Below are positions 1 to 8,449 of a stretch of 25,367 nucleotides of DNA, one piece after another. The position numbers were made by a program, and so were the translations under genes. This DNA is from a virus (Duplodnaviria > Heunggongvirae > Uroviricota > Caudoviricetes), in the IMG/VR virus record IMGVR_UViG_2690315922_000022, positions 1 through 25,367 of that record. One strand, given 5' to 3'. Position 1 is the first letter of the stretch. Each line of letters begins with the position of its first letter. The notes below the pieces were generated by a model. The model had not been told where the DNA came from. It saw only the letters and a list, made by a program, of their open reading frames with translations, and searched no databases.

Positions 1-1158
1 ATGCTCACCGTTAAACAGATTGAAGCGGCAAAGCCGAAAGAGAAACCATACCGACTTGTTGATGGTAATGGTCTGTACCTTTATGTCCCTGTATCCGGAA
101 AAAAGGTCTGGCAGCTTCGCTACAAGATTGACGGTAAAGAGAAAATCCTGACTGTCGGAAAATATCCGCTTATGACTTTGCAGGAGGCAAGGAATAAAGC
201 ATGGACTGCGAGGAAAGACATCTCGGTTGGCATAGATCCGGTAAAGGCGAAAAAGGCTTCGTCTAACAACAATTCTTTTAGTGCAATTTACAAGGAATGG
301 TACGAGCACAAGAAGCAAGTTTGGTCGGTAGGCTATGCAAATGAACTTGCAAAAATGTTTGATGACGACATTTTACCTATCATCGGCAGCCTTGAAATTC
401 AGGATATTGAGCCGATGCAACTTCTTGAAGTAATCCGCAGGTTTGAAGATCGCGGTGCAATGGAGCGAGCCAACAAAGCACGCAGAAGATGCGGCGAGGT
501 TTTCCGTTACGCTATTGTCACCGGAAGGGCTAAATATAACCCAGCACCTGACCTTGCAGACGCCATGAAAGGATACCGCAAGAAGAACTTCCCGTTTCTT
601 CCTGCAGACCAGATCCCGGCATTCAACAAAGCACTGGCAACATTTTCAGGAAGTATCGTATCGCTCATTGCGACCAAAGTTTTACGCTACACAGCCCTAA
701 GAACGAAAGAGCTTCGTTCCATGCTATGGAAGAACGTCGATTTTGAAAACAGGATTATCACCATTGACGCCAGTGTGATGAAGGGACGCAAAATTCATGT
801 GGTTCCTATGTCAGACCAGGTAGTTGAACTTCTCACTACGCTAATCTCAATCACCAAACCAGTATCAGAGTTTGTTTTTGCCGGGCGCAACGATAAGAAG
901 AAGCCAATCTGTGAGAACGCAGTGCTACTTGTGATCAAACAAATCGGATATGAGGGTCTGGAAAGCGGTCACGGATTCAGGCATGAATTCAGCACGATTA
1001 TGAACGAGCACGAATGGCCCGCTGATGCTATTGAAGTGCAACTGGCACATGCCAACGGCGGTTCTGTGCGTGGAATTTACAACCATGCTCAGTATCTCGA
1101 TAAGCGCAGAGAAATGATGCAGTGGTGGGCGGACTGGCTTGATGAAAAGGTGGAGTGA
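1..1158 (+). CDS. int: Phage integrase, P4-type tyrosine recombinase (IntS / Sf6-Int-like); N-terminal arm-binding domain plus C-terminal catalytic domain
   Basis: 385-aa ORF starting at window base 1 (MLTVKQIEAAKPKEKPYRL...); C-terminal GHGFRHEF and RGIYNHAQYLDKR motifs typical of tyrosine recombinases. I recognise it from memory as near-identical to E. coli CPS-53 IntS. A start upstream of the window cannot be excluded. Confidence 0.9.
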   Translation: MLTVKQIEAAKPKEKPYRLVDGNGLYLYVPVSGKKVWQLRYKIDGKEKILTVGKYPLMTLQEARNKAWTARKDISVGIDPVKAKKASSNNNSFSAIYKEWYEHKKQVWSVGYANELAKMFDDDILPIIGSLEIQDIEPMQLLEVIRRFEDRGAMERANKARRRCGEVFRYAIVTGRAKYNPAPDLADAMKGYRKKNFPFLPADQIPAFNKALATFSGSIVSLIATKVLRYTALRTKELRSMLWKNVDFENRIITIDASVMKGRKIHVVPMSDQVVELLTTLISITKPVSEFVFAGRNDKKKPICENAVLLVIKQIGYEGLESGHGFRHEFSTIMNEHEWPADAIEVQLAHANGGSVRGIYNHAQYLDKRREMMQWWADWLDEKVE

Positions 1159-1182
1159 TCCGCCTTAAAAACTATCGAATAG

Positions 1183-1230
1183 CACAAAGCCTTGCAATCC
1201 AGTGAAAAGCTTTGTGTGTATGAGTTTTTT
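1183..1230 (+). terminator. Putative int 3' stem-loop: 8-bp inverted repeat CACAAAGC...GCTTTGTG followed by a T6 run
   Basis: Perfect 8-bp inverted repeat at 1183-1190 / 1209-1216 with an 18-nt loop, then TTTTTT at 1225-1230. Loop length and spacing are non-canonical. Confidence 0.3.
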
Positions 1231-1311
1231 CTCATCAACTACCGCAAGTCATCGATCGATTGAGACTAGGATGATAGACTCCATGCCTTTAATTATTAGC
1301 TGATAGAAGAA

Positions 1312-1674
1312 ATGTTAAAGCTATTTGCAAAGTACACCTCGATTGGTGTGCTAAACACACTTATACACTGGGTGGTTTTTGGTGTCTGTATCTATGCAGC
1401 GCATACAAATCAGGCTCTGGCAAACTTCGCAGGTTTCGTTGTGGCAGTGAGCTTTAGCTTCTTCGCGAATGCAAAATTCACATTCAAAGCATCGGCTACA
1501 ACGATGCGCTACATGTTATATGTCACGTTCATGGGAGCGCTTAGCGCTGCTGTTGGATGGGCTGCTGATAGATGCGCACTTCCCCCAATCATTACTCTTA
1601 TAACCTCCTCCGCCATCAGCCTGGTGTGCGGTTTCGTCTATTCAAGGTTAATTGTCTTTAGGAGTGCGAAATGA
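1312..1674 (+). CDS. gtrA: GtrA, bactoprenol-linked glucose translocase (flippase), small 4-TM membrane protein
   Basis: 120-aa hydrophobic protein immediately downstream of int, overlapping the next gene by 4 nt (ATGA); size and sequence are typical of GtrA in serotype-converting phages. Confidence 0.9.
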   Translation: MLKLFAKYTSIGVLNTLIHWVVFGVCIYAAHTNQALANFAGFVVAVSFSFFANAKFTFKASATTMRYMLYVTFMGALSAAVGWAADRCALPPIITLITSSAISLVCGFVYSRLIVFRSAK

Positions 1675-2594
1675 AGATATCTCTTGTAGTTCCTGTCTTC
1701 AATGAAGAAGAGGCGATACCAATTTTTTATAAAACGGTGCGTGAATTCGAAGAGTTGAAGCCATATGAAGTAGAAATTGTTTTTATAAATGATGGTAGCA
1801 AAGACGCTACTGAGTCAATTATTAATGCTCTGGCTGTTTCAGATCCTCTAGTTATTCCTCTGTCATTTACTCGCAACTTTGGTAAAGAACCAGCATTGTT
1901 TGCAGGGTTAGACCATGCTACTGGAGATGCCGTGATTCCAATTGATGTTGACCTGCAAGACCCGATTGAGGTTATCCCTCATCTTATTGAAAACTGGCAG
2001 GCTGGCGCCGATATGGTGCTGGCAAAGCGTTCAGACCGCTCTACAGATGGGCGTCTGAAGCGCAAGACAGCAGAGTGGTTTTATAAGCTTCACAATAAAA
2101 TCAGCAATCCGAAGATCGAGGAAAATGTTGGCGATTTCCGGCTGATGTCCCGCGATGTAGTGGATAATATTAAGCTTATGCCAGAACGCAATCTTTTCAT
2201 GAAAGGCATTCTTAGTTGGGTTGGTGGGTCTACAGATGTAGTTGAGTATGTCCGTGCTGAGCGGATAGCCGGCAGCACGAAATTCAATGGATGGAAATTA
2301 TGGAACCTAGCACTTGAAGGTATAACAAGTTTCTCCACTTTCCCTCTGCGTATGTGGACTTATATTGGGCTATTCGTAGCTGGAATGGCTCTTTTATATG
2401 GCACATGGATGATTATCGATACCTTGGTGTTTGGGAATCCGGTTCGCGGTTACCCATCACTTATTGTATCCATTCTCTTCTTAGGCGGAATTCAGCTTAT
2501 AGGAATTGGCGTACTTGGTGAATATATAGGAAGAATTTACATAGAGTGCAAAGATAGACCTAGATTTATTATCAAGAGAATGAAAAATGAATAA
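1671..2594 (+). CDS. gtrB: GtrB, bactoprenol glucosyltransferase (GT2 family)
   Basis: 307 aa; N-terminal GT2 signature ([23 protein letters not shown]) and two C-terminal TM helices; coupled to gtrA and to the downstream gene by overlapping stop/start. Confidence 0.92.
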   Translation: MKISLVVPVFNEEEAIPIFYKTVREFEELKPYEVEIVFINDGSKDATESIINALAVSDPLVIPLSFTRNFGKEPALFAGLDHATGDAVIPIDVDLQDPIEVIPHLIENWQAGADMVLAKRSDRSTDGRLKRKTAEWFYKLHNKISNPKIEENVGDFRLMSRDVVDNIKLMPERNLFMKGILSWVGGSTDVVEYVRAERIAGSTKFNGWKLWNLALEGITSFSTFPLRMWTYIGLFVAGMALLYGTWMIIDTLVFGNPVRGYPSLIVSILFLGGIQLIGIGVLGEYIGRIYIECKDRPRFIIKRMKNE

Positions 2595-4017
2595 AACAAT
2601 TAAAATCAACTTCTACATACTATTTATTATTTTGTTTTTTATTATAACATGTAATATTTACTACTATGATGATGTATTTAGATCGTATTGGGGATATTAT
2701 GGTTGGTCTGAAGATGGAAGGCCTTTTGCAGATTTATTCTATAAATTATTTATTTTCTTTAGATCTGAAAGCATACCAGATATTTACCCACTACCACTAA
2801 TTTTAACGTCTGTGCTTCTTGTTATATCACTAACAAAGGCATTGCAAAATATACTATCAAAAGATGGGGTTATAGTTAATATAACTTTTGCAATATTTAT
2901 GCTTAATCCTTTTCTTTTGTCTAATATGCTATTTAGATATGATGGTGCATTTATGATTTTATCTATTGCACTTTCGGCTATTCCGTTCATTTTTACAAAA
3001 AGTAGAACATTCGCCATATCATCACTACTGTGCCTAACAATATCGCTTGGATTGTATCAGGCCTCAATAAATGTGTATATTGGACTTGCATCAGTAGTGG
3101 TTGCAATGGAAGCATTGAAAGGGGAAAAGTTTACATCTATAGCCAGCAGAGTGCTATTATCTGTTACATGCGTAGTCTCTTCATATGTTATATACTCAAA
3201 ATTAATACTTGAATCATTATCTTTAAATAATAACTTCTCGAAATATGCTCAAATAGTTGAATTAAATAAAGGAGGAGTCATCAATGTTTATGAGAATATA
3301 ATTAACGCAGTTAAAAAAATTGATGTTGCTCTTCATAGTGGTATTGGAACACCTCTTTATATATTTCTATCAATAATAGCCATATCATCTGTGTGTGTTG
3401 CCATTAAACGAAAACAATTTCAGTTACTATTTTTTATTGCTATATCTATTTTAGGTTGTTTCTTTTCTTCTTTTGGTGTGTCTGTCTTTGGGAAATCGCC
3501 AGTATTTGTGTCAAGGATATTTATCGGATTTGGTGTTTTTATAATGGCAGTTCCTTTGATTGGCTCAGCACTTCTTAATTGGAAACTTAATTACTTACTA
3601 TCATTATTCATTGCAATTCCTATGCTGTCCATCTTTTTTGCCACCATTAATGCCTCAAGAGAGGAATTTAAATTCCAAAACAATTTATCACTTCAAATGA
3701 TTAATGATATTAATCATAGCAAAGCTAAATATCTCGACTTTGTTGTTATTGATGGCTATGCGAAGAACTCCTCTGTTGCAAGCATAAATAAGAAAATATT
3801 TCCCGTAATATCTGATATATTGCCTCCTGTCTTTACAAATAGATATGATGGTGGGGTTTTTACATTGATGAGAAATGGACTAAAAGATGTTGTTAGTGCT
3901 GAGTCATCAGCTGCAGACAACGCGGTATCAATATCAGATGACGGAAATCTAATTTCTGACAATAATATATATAGCATTCATGCGACCAAAGATATTATTG
4001 TAATAAAATTAAAATAA
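2587..4017 (+). CDS. Serotype-specific O-antigen glucosyltransferase (GtrC-type polytopic membrane protein); exact specificity not identifiable
   Basis: 476-aa multi-TM protein as third gene of the gtr operon; very AT-rich compared with gtrAB, as is typical of horizontally acquired type-specific gtr genes. Confidence 0.8.
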   Translation: MNKTIKINFYILFIILFFIITCNIYYYDDVFRSYWGYYGWSEDGRPFADLFYKLFIFFRSESIPDIYPLPLILTSVLLVISLTKALQNILSKDGVIVNITFAIFMLNPFLLSNMLFRYDGAFMILSIALSAIPFIFTKSRTFAISSLLCLTISLGLYQASINVYIGLASVVVAMEALKGEKFTSIASRVLLSVTCVVSSYVIYSKLILESLSLNNNFSKYAQIVELNKGGVINVYENIINAVKKIDVALHSGIGTPLYIFLSIIAISSVCVAIKRKQFQLLFFIAISILGCFFSSFGVSVFGKSPVFVSRIFIGFGVFIMAVPLIGSALLNWKLNYLLSLFIAIPMLSIFFATINASREEFKFQNNLSLQMINDINHSKAKYLDFVVIDGYAKNSSVASINKKIFPVISDILPPVFTNRYDGGVFTLMRNGLKDVVSAESSAADNAVSISDDGNLISDNNIYSIHATKDIIVIKLK

Positions 4018-4023
4018 CCCCTA

Positions 4024-4065
4024 GCCCCCCTCCCGCATCAACTCCAGTAATGGCGGGAGAGGGGC
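4024..4065. terminator. GC-rich hairpin between the convergent gtr operon and tailspike gene (probable bidirectional terminator)
   Basis: 13-bp stem GCCCCCCTCCCGC / GCGGGAGAGGGGC (12 of 13 paired) with a 16-nt loop; U-rich tract follows on the minus strand, A-rich on the plus strand. Confidence 0.45.
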
Positions 4066-4084
4066 TACAAAAAATCAAATATCA

Positions 4085-6148
4085 CTAAGAAAAAATCCAA
4101 TTACCATACATTCCAGTTATTTCACTATATGTGCCTTCTTTATTTTTTAATTTAATCCAAGCGCCGAATTCAGTGGTGGCTACTTGCGTTACTTCTGAAG
4201 AGTTACTTACAAACCTTATATTTGCTACACCTATTGCTCTACTTGGTGATGAGATTGTCATAGCTCTTATTATTTTTAACTCTCTGAAATCACCAGTGCT
4301 ACTTGCAATTATATCAATATCATTAGTGCTATGGTTAAATATAATGGTGTTATTTAACAGCTTTGTATTTTGAAAAGATGTTATTGTGGCAATCCCTCCA
4401 ATAAATCCTCTTATCTGGGCCGGGCCAGTATCTCCACTATCATAGGCTAATGATGTGGTTATATTATCTTCCTCCTTTCCTATATGTATATCAATAAAGT
4501 ACTCTTTTAAACTAATACCAGCCAAAACTAAAAATGTTGATATAGTAGATGTACATTTTTTAATAACCAGATTCTTAAAATTTCGAGATAACCCGCTGCT
4601 TATTGGATCAATAGTTCTAGGTAATAATCTGATTATTTTATCCCCACCAGCTATAGTAGTTTCATCAACAATTTCACCTATTTCCACAAAAAGGCGGTCA
4701 TCCCCCAGCATTTCAAAAACACAAAAGTCTAAAGGAGACGTTTTAAATACCACTCTATCAATTAAGATTTTCCCTATACCATTTCCCATAACTCTAGTAG
4801 CTGTCACCCCTCTGTTAGTCACATTCGTTAGTGTTGTATTCCCCGAGATGATTACATCAGCTACAAGACTGTCAGGGAAAATATTAAGTTCCAAACCAGT
4901 ATACGCACCATTGATGTATGGGTTTGAGATTTCACAATTAATCAGCCGAGGGACAGTGTGTCCAGGCACACTTTCGTCTGCCTCTGGTTCAATATCTATG
5001 CCAGATTTCGGCATAGCACCTGTAACACCTCCGTAGTCACCAATATTATAAATCTCAGGATTAACTATTATTATGTTTTCACCTGACGTTAGGCTTATAC
5101 CGTTACGCCTGCATTGTTTGATGATCGGTTTTTCTATATAGATATTTTCTGGGACCGTGCCATCGGTAGTCCCCCACTTCATGCCTATATATATTCCGTC
5201 GCCAAACATGTTGGTATACAGTCCACCAATAATACGAATATTAGAGGATTGAAGTATTGTAAGCCCCCACCCATGTTCTCCTTCGGATGTGTTTGTTAAC
5301 CGATCACCTTCCAGTACAGGATTATAAATATTTACATTTTTAACACCGTTTGCTATGTAAATGATATGGCTTTGTGGCCTGTTTTGATTTGCTAGTTTTA
5401 ATGCCCCATCCTTTTCAAACCTTATAGTGCTATTATCTACGCATCTTAACACAGATTTAAAAGCATCATTTCCAGGTGAAAAAGGGTCTTCATTCACAGC
5501 CATCAAGTTTTCAAATGATTTATCTATAATGAATTCTGCACCAATAGACGCTGCGGATTCATACGCTTTTTGTAGTGTTTGTGCGTCATTGCAAAAATCA
5601 GAAGCATAAATAGAGCTGGTTTTCTTTAATTCAAATATCCTACCGTTTCTGCTCCTGATAATTAATATTCCATCTGGGGTGAGCGTGGGGGTGGATGATT
5701 CATAAACATATCTACCATGAATCATTACATGATTAAATATATCTGGGACATCCTCTTGCTCTATATTAATAGCAACATATATAAGTTTATTACTTAACTC
5801 CCCCCTTAACTGATCAGGGTCATACTTCAGCACATTCTGGAAATAGAACTGCTGTACGCCATACGCATCATAAACAGCCATAGAATGGCCTTGCACGGTT
5901 ACGAACTTGGCAATCTGTCCGTTATATACAGGGTAACCAGCAGCGTTAATGATGATTGGTTGCGATACAGGAACGTGAGAGCCGTCTTCGTTCTCCACAT
6001 AAACCTGAATCTGGTTTTCAGGATTTACCGGGTCAGTATCAATTTTACCGATATAAATTTTGCCATTAGCTACGGCTTTAAAAGAACGCGCCATAGTGAA
6101 GAGTTGCGAAGGCATGCTAACTACAACATTGGCTGTAATGTCTGTCAT
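4085..6148 (-). CDS. Tailspike protein: P22/Sf6-type N-terminal head-binding domain plus divergent right-handed beta-helix receptor-binding domain (probable O-antigen depolymerase)
   Basis: 687 aa; the first ~110 aa ([34 protein letters not shown]...KYDPDQ) match the conserved tailspike N-terminal domain as I recall it; the remainder is AT-rich with beta-helix-like repeats ([22 protein letters not shown]); GGAG RBS 9 nt upstream. Confidence 0.85.
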   Translation of the reverse strand: MTDITANVVVSMPSQLFTMARSFKAVANGKIYIGKIDTDPVNPENQIQVYVENEDGSHVPVSQPIIINAAGYPVYNGQIAKFVTVQGHSMAVYDAYGVQQFYFQNVLKYDPDQLRGELSNKLIYVAINIEQEDVPDIFNHVMIHGRYVYESSTPTLTPDGILIIRSRNGRIFELKKTSSIYASDFCNDAQTLQKAYESAASIGAEFIIDKSFENLMAVNEDPFSPGNDAFKSVLRCVDNSTIRFEKDGALKLANQNRPQSHIIYIANGVKNVNIYNPVLEGDRLTNTSEGEHGWGLTILQSSNIRIIGGLYTNMFGDGIYIGMKWGTTDGTVPENIYIEKPIIKQCRRNGISLTSGENIIIVNPEIYNIGDYGGVTGAMPKSGIDIEPEADESVPGHTVPRLINCEISNPYINGAYTGLELNIFPDSLVADVIISGNTTLTNVTNRGVTATRVMGNGIGKILIDRVVFKTSPLDFCVFEMLGDDRLFVEIGEIVDETTIAGGDKIIRLLPRTIDPISSGLSRNFKNLVIKKCTSTISTFLVLAGISLKEYFIDIHIGKEEDNITTSLAYDSGDTGPAQIRGFIGGIATITSFQNTKLLNNTIIFNHSTNDIDIIASSTGDFRELKIIRAMTISSPSRAIGVANIRFVSNSSEVTQVATTEFGAWIKLKNKEGTYSEITGMYGNWIFS

Positions 6149-6204
6149 TTAATTTGCTCCAGATACAAGGAATCGCCGCAGCATGGCTACGGTGAATTTT
6201 GGGC

Positions 6205-6230
6205 ATAAAAAAACCCAGCCGAAGCTGGGT
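6205..6230 (-). terminator. Intrinsic terminator downstream of ant
   Basis: On the minus strand: CCCAGC-TTCG-GCTGGG hairpin followed by a T7 run, about 20 nt after the ant stop codon. Confidence 0.55.
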
Positions 6231-6248
6231 CGTTGCGTTGGTTATCTG

Positions 6249-7127
6249 TCAGTAGTTATGTACTGAAGGAGGTAATTCTTTATTCTTAAGTCTCATCCAT
6301 GCGGAAAGATTCGTTGGTCCGTCTGGCTCATTAATATCAACATCTCGTGTGTGATTGATTAAAACGTCTCTCGCCATTCCGATAACATACGAGAACTCAT
6401 GACCGTAGTCGTAGCATCTGCCGGAATAGTTCGATTGAATTTGTTTTAGCGCCGGATACAGTTCGCGGAATAATGCCTGTGAGCGGTTAGCATAATCCCA
6501 TAACCATACAAGGCTGTTTGCTTCTTTTGCAGAAAGCTCGTCGGTTTTCTTCTCTTGTTTGCCAATGAACTCGCCTTCAAGCACTACCCTGTGGATGTAC
6601 TCTACGGCCAGCGGGATTTGTTCAATTGAAAGTTCATCAATACTGTCAATACCAAAACGCTGATGAACCATATTGTATGCATCGTCATAGCGAAGTCCTT
6701 TCTTTCCTACCAGCATGTTTACTGCATCGCGTAGCGGTGTTCTTTCCTCAACAGTGGTTTTCTTTCCTTTTACATACTCGCCATGTTTGCGAATTGAAGG
6801 CAGAACTTCTGCTGTTACCCATTTGCGGAATTTGTGCGGGACTGAACCTTTATTGACTGCATCGCGGCAGCGCAGAACCAATGTATACATACCTGATTCG
6901 CTCACAATGCTTAGATTCTGCTCACCACCAAGGGTGTAACTTAAAGTTACTCCCTTTTCATCGTCATCAAGTGCAGTAAGCGCCTTGCGTGAGTTAGTCA
7001 AAGCTAAAGCATCACAAACATCTTTAGCTACAAACCACGGCTCACCGCACTTGTTGATGACGCGGATTTCACTGTCGCCGAATTTGAAGATGGTGAAATC
7101 GTTTTGTGCCTTTGCTATACTTTTCAT
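6249..7127 (-). CDS. ant: Antirepressor Ant (Bro-N / KilA-type N-terminal domain plus ANT C-terminal domain)
   Basis: 292 aa (P22 Ant is about 300 aa); N-terminal [11 protein letters not shown]...[14 protein letters not shown] motif; located immediately downstream of the arc-like gene as in P22 immI. Confidence 0.85.
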   Translation of the reverse strand: MKSIAKAQNDFTIFKFGDSEIRVINKCGEPWFVAKDVCDALALTNSRKALTALDDDEKGVTLSYTLGGEQNLSIVSESGMYTLVLRCRDAVNKGSVPHKFRKWVTAEVLPSIRKHGEYVKGKKTTVEERTPLRDAVNMLVGKKGLRYDDAYNMVHQRFGIDSIDELSIEQIPLAVEYIHRVVLEGEFIGKQEKKTDELSAKEANSLVWLWDYANRSQALFRELYPALKQIQSNYSGRCYDYGHEFSYVIGMARDVLINHTRDVDINEPDGPTNLSAWMRLKNKELPPSVHNY

Positions 7128-7199
7128 GTCAATATTTCCTAATCCGATTTGTTGATACCGAAGCCCTGACTGTTACAGCAGTTGGGGCTTCAACTTTTT
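7128..7199 (+). ncRNA. sar: Candidate sar-like antisense RNA covering the ant RBS and arc-ant intergenic region
   Basis: Plus-strand hairpin GAAGCCC (7160-7166) / GGGCTTC (7185-7191) followed by T5 (7195-7199), antisense to the ant leader; no plus-strand gene is upstream. The 5' end is not defined and promoter elements are weak. Confidence 0.3.
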
Positions 7200-7330
7200 A
7201 GGCTGCGAATAAGACGCTGCACTATTTCTGAATTTAAAGACCTGCCCTCCTCCTTAGCCTTTTCCTTCAATTTTTCTTTAATCTCTGGCGGGATACGAAT
7301 CCCTAATGGAGCGATATCTCTAACTTTCAT
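7190..7330 (-). CDS. arc: Arc-like ribbon-helix-helix repressor
   Basis: 46-aa product from the internal Met (MKVRDIAPLGIRIPPEIKEKLKEKAKEEGRSLNSEIVQRLIRSLKS) with the RHH signature GRS-NSEI; the 87-aa upstream extension is rejected because it would run across the divergent promoter into mnt. Confidence 0.6.
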   Translation of the reverse strand: MKVRDIAPLGIRIPPEIKEKLKEKAKEEGRSLNSEIVQRLIRSLKS

Positions 7331-7440
7331 TTCTTTCCCAATTGCTACACCATGATAACTAAATACTACACCGTGTTTATTTAAAGTCAAAATTTTTTTG
7401 CCTACACTGTGTAGCAATGCTACAGCGTGCAGGAGGAAAA
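7331..7440. promoter_or_regulatory. Divergent Pant / Pmnt promoter-operator region with four CTACAC-type repeats
   Basis: Minus strand: -35 TTGACT (7390-7385), 16-nt spacer, -10 TAGTAT (7368-7363). Palindromes ACACCGTGT (7368-7376) and CTACACTGTGTAG (7402-7414) plus GCTACACC and GCTACAGC copies; AGGAGG RBS sits 4 nt before the mnt ATG. Confidence 0.5.
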
Positions 7441-7689
7441 ATGAAAGGTGCAAGAGATATCAGTCCCTTGGGAATTAGGATTCCAGACTATTTAAAGAAA
7501 CGCATTCAGCAGGAAGCGGATAAAAACGGCAGATCAATGAACTCAGAGATTGTGCTTATCCTTCAAAAACATGTTGATAATCTTGATGGCCCTCGCTCAC
7601 TTGAAGGATTCGCTAACCAAGAAGCTGATAAATTCAAAGAGGCGCTGCTTGAGACGCTGAAAACCATGTATGGCAAGGATGAAAAATGA
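7441..7689 (+). CDS. mnt: Mnt-like ribbon-helix-helix repressor with C-terminal coiled-coil
   Basis: 82 aa from the Met preceded by AGGAGG; N-terminus RDISPLGIRIPDYLKKRIQQEADKNGRSMNSEI is an RHH fold; length matches P22 Mnt (83 aa); divergent from arc-ant. Confidence 0.7.
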   Translation: MKGARDISPLGIRIPDYLKKRIQQEADKNGRSMNSEIVLILQKHVDNLDGPRSLEGFANQEADKFKEALLETLKTMYGKDEK

Positions 7690-7895
7690 ACAAAAAACAG
7701 TTTATTAAGTCAACAACGTCAAGCAAGGAAGAGCTAGAGAAGGAGCTAAACTCCCTGAAATATGCTCTGTGCCTGGTTTACTCAAGACTGCCAATGGAAG
7801 ATAAAAACGCCATTTACAATGAAATGATTAACAGCCTTGATTTTAACGATAGAGACCTAGCATCCCACCTCAACAGCTTCCGCGTCCCTGAGTAA
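7686..7895 (+). CDS. Hypothetical 69-aa protein translationally coupled to mnt
   Basis: ATGA stop/start overlap with mnt; AAGGA RBS; AT-rich; no family recognised. Confidence 0.45.
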   Translation: MNKKQFIKSTTSSKEELEKELNSLKYALCLVYSRLPMEDKNAIYNEMINSLDFNDRDLASHLNSFRVPE

Positions 7896-8055
7896 TTCTA
7901 TTGCGGATTTGCTTCTTACGGTGGTTTAAGCTGGAGAGCTTGGCTTCTGCTTCTGATATTTGCGCATCAAGATCTTTAAGCTCAAGATCTGAAAGTCGCT
8001 GGTCAAGCAGGGTTTGGTTCAACTCAATGTTGTTCAGGCGTTCTTCTATGGTCAT
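7870..8055 (-). CDS. Hypothetical 62-aa coiled-coil protein
   Basis: Internal Met with strong RBS (AAGGAGAAATC-ATG); heptad-like sequence (LNNIELNQTLLDQRLSDLELKDLDAQISEAEAKL); its 3' end overlaps the convergent 69-aa gene by 26 nt. Confidence 0.4.
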   Translation of the reverse strand: MTIEERLNNIELNQTLLDQRLSDLELKDLDAQISEAEAKLSSLNHRKKQIRNRITQGRGSC

Positions 8056-8196
8056 GATTTCTCCTTGTTGAGGTTGATGTGAAACGATTGATTGTATACG
8101 CACTCTTTTGTTAGCTAGTAGCTTTGCTTAATCGCAAGATAAAGTTTCTGATTAATCCCTAAAAATCAAAAAATAAAGTTAAAACAGGTACATGAT

Positions 8197-8400
8197 ATGG
8201 AATGGATCATAGGATTTGTTGTTCTTGTCTTCATAGCCAGTATGTTTAAACCAAGAAGTTGCGATATCTGTGGTGCTGGATTTAAGAAAAAGTACTTCAC
8301 ATGGACTATCGATGGAAAGAAACAGCATCTTTGTCCGTACTGCAACAGTAAAATGGAGAGACGCAACAGCGATAGGCGCTTTAAGGATCGATTTGGTTAA
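8197..8400 (+). CDS. Hypothetical small membrane protein with zinc-ribbon-like C-terminus
   Basis: 67 aa: N-terminal TM helix (WIIGFVVLVFIASMF) followed by CDICG...CPYC, then a basic tail; terminator follows immediately. Confidence 0.5.
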   Translation: MEWIIGFVVLVFIASMFKPRSCDICGAGFKKKYFTWTIDGKKQHLCPYCNSKMERRNSDRRFKDRFG

Positions 8401-8413
8401 CCATTTTATCTCC

Positions 8414-8449
8414 AACAAAAAACCCACCTGACGGTGGGTTTCATTTCTT
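8414..8449. terminator. Bidirectional intrinsic terminator
   Basis: AACCCACC-TGAC-GGTGGGTT hairpin flanked by an A-run upstream and a T-rich tract downstream; lies between the convergent 8197-8400 (+) and 8448-8867 (-) genes. Confidence 0.55.

Noticed and set aside
1159-1311. Dam/OxyR-type phase-variation control region upstream of gtrA
   Set aside because: Only a single GATC (within ATCGATCGAT) is present, not the paired GATC/OxyR half-site arrangement described for phase-variable Salmonella gtr operons; not supported from sequence alone.
2090-3212. Small ORFs inside gtrB and the gtr type gene (2090-2338 minus, 2784-3017 minus, 3030-3212 plus)
   Set aside because: They are embedded in or antisense to well-supported membrane-protein genes; no signals.
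4131-5609. Plus-strand ORFs of 60-193 aa (4131-4373, 4455-5036, 5114-5299, 5427-5609) inside the tailspike gene
   Set aside because: They are antisense to a long, well-supported CDS, lack RBS and show no recognisable domains; they look like low-complexity products of AT-rich antisense sequence.
7331-7453. N-terminal extension of the arc-like ORF to 87 aa (start at 7453)
   Set aside because: The extension is hydrophobic and uncharacteristic, would overlap the divergent promoter and the mnt start, and the internal Met gives an Arc-sized RHH protein.
8166-8427. Minus-strand ORFs 8166-8366 and 8179-8427 overlapping the zinc-ribbon miniprotein gene
   Set aside because: The plus-strand product has coherent TM and CxxC features and is followed by a terminator; the minus-strand frames lack features and would read through that terminator.
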